A stretch of DNA of 64,000 nt from an uncultured Candidatus Saccharibacteria bacterium (GTDB lineage: Bacteria; Patescibacteriota; Minisyncoccia; UBA6257; Colwellbacteraceae), in contig CAZXPC010000002.1 in assembly GCA_964643135.1 (NCBI GenBank), forward strand, positions 9,049 through 73,048, read 5' to 3'. This document shows positions 62,230-64,000 of this stretch, piece after piece; the stretch's first letter is position 1, and every line of letters starts with the position of its first letter. The position numbers were made by a program, and so were the translations under genes. The notes below the pieces were generated by a model. The model saw only the letters and a list, made by a program, of their open reading frames with translations. It did no database searches and was not told where the DNA came from.

Positions 62230-62620
62230 TTACAATAAATTTATGTGGCTAGCGAACCCCGCCCCCAGAAACCCCGAATCTACCTTTCGCTTAGCTCTCT
62301 CCTCGTCGAGGTGCTTCCAAGCTGTCTCGGGAGACCGCTCACGGCCGCTTGGCCTAGGGGTTTAGTCTCCCTGTGACAGCTTGCGCGCCAACTCGGGGGA
62401 GCTAGAGCTCAGGATAGATTTCGGATTTCTTGGGCTATGCAGAGCTAAGAGCCGTAGACCACATGCCCCACAGGGAACATCTCGGAGGCAACTGGAGCTT
62501 GGTGCTGCGTTTACCTCTCGCAGACCAGTTGCCGAGAGCGAGGAAAAATCTCTCGCTGGAAGAGATTTATTCTGTTTCCCGAGGAGGCTGTGGTTGGAGG
62601 CAATGATGCTCTGACTTTAG
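62230..62620. other. 390-bp GC-rich ORF-free spacer; candidate structured RNA / regulatory region
   Basis: ~58% GC with no credible ORF, between two minus-strand metabolic genes. Multiple local inverted repeats. Confidence 0.3.
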
Positions 62621-62624
62621 CGAC

Positions 62625-63923
62625 CTACCCGAGCCGATCGTTTTGTATAAATATCCAAAGACCGCGGAGCCAGGTGAAGACGGCGCGGGTGAGAGACATG
62701 ATCGATAAGAGATAATTTAATTCGACGAGGCCCTTCAAGATCCACCCCCAGAAGCCCGAGATAACAATGTTGCCGAGTTTCGCGACGGCGTATTTGCCGC
62801 CGACGGGGATAACATAAGGGTAGTCCATTGGGTGATATTCGATATGAGGTTTTCGATTGATTTCGCGGATGATATTTTTCGCGGCGACTTTAGCTTCTGA
62901 AAGCGCGGCGCGGGCCACCATCGGGATCGGCTTGCCAGTTTTGGGGTTAGTCGCACAAGCGATATCGCCGACACCGAATATTTTACCGGCCAGGATGGTA
63001 TTGGCGCCGGCGCTCAGAGTGGTGAGGTCAGCATTTTCGGGAGAGCAGAGCATGGCGCTTGAAACATCCATTCGGCCCTTTTCGCTTTTCATCGGCATGT
63101 CCTCAGCGACATTATTGGCTTTGACTCCGCCGGCCCAGATAAAAACATCGGCGCTCATTCTGGTGTCGTCGTTTAAAATGATTTCGTTCGCGCCGACCGA
63201 CTTGATGGCTTTGCCTGCCGAAATATTCACTCCAATCTTTTTAAGGCGGGCCGACACTTTACTAATAATGTTTTCGCTAAAACCCATCAGGATATTCGGA
63301 CCGGCTTCGCAGATTGTGACATTGGCTGGGCGATTATATTTCTTGCCGAGCTGGCTAAGCCACAGCCTGACTTCGCCGGCGAGTTCGACGCCGGTTGATC
63401 CGCCGCCGCCGATTACGACTTCGAGAGGCTTGGTTTGGCCGCCCGGTTGGCTATCTTTAGTAACCGCATTCCAGATTCGGTCGCGAATCAAGAGCGCGTC
63501 GGTAAAACTTTTGAAAGGCAGGCCGAATTCTTTGACGCCCGGGATGCCGAAGTCGTTCATAACCGAGCCCAAGGAGATAACGAGATAATCGTAACGGATA
63601 TTGTAGCCGCTCTTGAGGTGGATTTCATTGCGGTTCGCTGCAAAGTCGATCTCTGAGACCTCGTCGCAGACAAATTTAACCGGTAGGTGCTTAATTATCT
63701 TTTCAATCGGGAACGTGACGATCTTTTTGAGCTTGGTGAAATCAGCCACATCCTTTGAAGCGGTCGCGACTTCATAAAGGGTGGGCGTATAGGTGTGATA
63801 GTCGTTTTTATCAACAAGAATAATTTCACATTCATGCAGCCCGCCCCATTTTAAGGCACGGCCGAGGCGCATCGCGGTGTGTAAGCCCCCAAATCCGGCT
63901 CCGAGTATGACAATACGTTTCAT
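62625..63923 (-). CDS. type II NADH:quinone oxidoreductase (NDH-2)-family FAD-dependent oxidoreductase
   Basis: ILGAGFGG (FAD fold), VVIGGGGSTGVELAGE (NADH fold). Confidence 0.85.
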   Translation of the reverse strand: MKRIVILGAGFGGLHTAMRLGRALKWGGLHECEIILVDKNDYHTYTPTLYEVATASKDVADFTKLKKIVTFPIEKIIKHLPVKFVCDEVSEIDFAANRNEIHLKSGYNIRYDYLVISLGSVMNDFGIPGVKEFGLPFKSFTDALLIRDRIWNAVTKDSQPGGQTKPLEVVIGGGGSTGVELAGEVRLWLSQLGKKYNRPANVTICEAGPNILMGFSENIISKVSARLKKIGVNISAGKAIKSVGANEIILNDDTRMSADVFIWAGGVKANNVAEDMPMKSEKGRMDVSSAMLCSPENADLTTLSAGANTILAGKIFGVGDIACATNPKTGKPIPMVARAALSEAKVAAKNIIREINRKPHIEYHPMDYPYVIPVGGKYAVAKLGNIVISGFWGWILKGLVELNYLLSIMSLTRAVFTWLRGLWIFIQNDRLG

Positions 63924-64000
63924 AATTATTTAGTTTATACTATCAAGAGCGAGATTAGAAGCAAAATAATTTTGTTAAGAGGCGCTTCTCTGCTATAATT

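Noticed and set aside
62230-62620. RNase P RNA or SRP RNA in the GC-rich spacer
   Set aside because: The P4 consensus (GGAAAGTCCGGGCTCC / ACAGAACCCGGCTTA) is absent. A GGTGCTGCGTTTACC stretch resembles the SRP RNA 5' region, but the domain IV GGAA...AGCAG motif is missing.
1-64000. CRISPR arrays and rRNA operons
   Set aside because: No short regularly spaced direct repeats were found anywhere in the window. No 16S/23S/5S rRNA signature sequences were found either.

Overview
This 64-kb window reads like a gene-dense, small-genome bacterial chromosome segment, probably Patescibacteria/CPR-like. That call is an inference from the many short housekeeping genes, the abundance of secreted FN3 / peptidoglycan-binding / Gly-rich proteins and the frequent near-leaderless starts. 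The core genes I recognise are ftsK (partial), pyrG, a DEDD exonuclease, a cysteine desulfurase, htrA, clpB, lepB, rny, hup, an ECF sigma operon, a FemAB–DegT–Mur-ligase cell-wall cluster, lexA, infB–rbfA, plsY–cdsA, malic enzyme and an NDH-2-type NADH dehydrogenase. I find six tRNA genes (Gly, Arg, Ser, Cys, Leu, Asn); the Asn gene is split by a ~229-nt group I intron. No rRNA genes or CRISPR arrays are present. Three observations look most worth follow-up. (1) Divergent from lexA, across palindromic operator candidates, sits a translationally coupled pair: a Dam-family MTase and a 656-aa fusion of an Mrr-like PD-(D/E)xK nuclease with a DGQHR (DndB-like) domain. I cannot match this arrangement to a named system; it is a candidate modification/restriction-type defence module. 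(2) A conserved ~45–90-nt hairpin-containing sequence recurs between tRNA genes (Arg, Cys, Asn, with a related unit at Ser) and 15–22-bp direct copies of each tRNA's 3' end. This is an att-site-like signature of tRNA-targeting integrative elements; one copy retains a 2.7-kb Fic/ImmA cargo and the others are reduced to ~110–170 bp. (3) Downstream of pyrG there are three degenerate tandem copies of the pyrG 3' end interleaved with small GC-rich ORFans. Other points of interest: an AAC(3)-I-like acetyltransferase, an SF2 helicase with six C-terminal tandem repeats, a Hint-domain protein, a 188-bp insertion with an 8-bp target duplication in a duplicated promoter, an 870-bp non-coding gap, and several compositionally atypical (GC-rich) islets.
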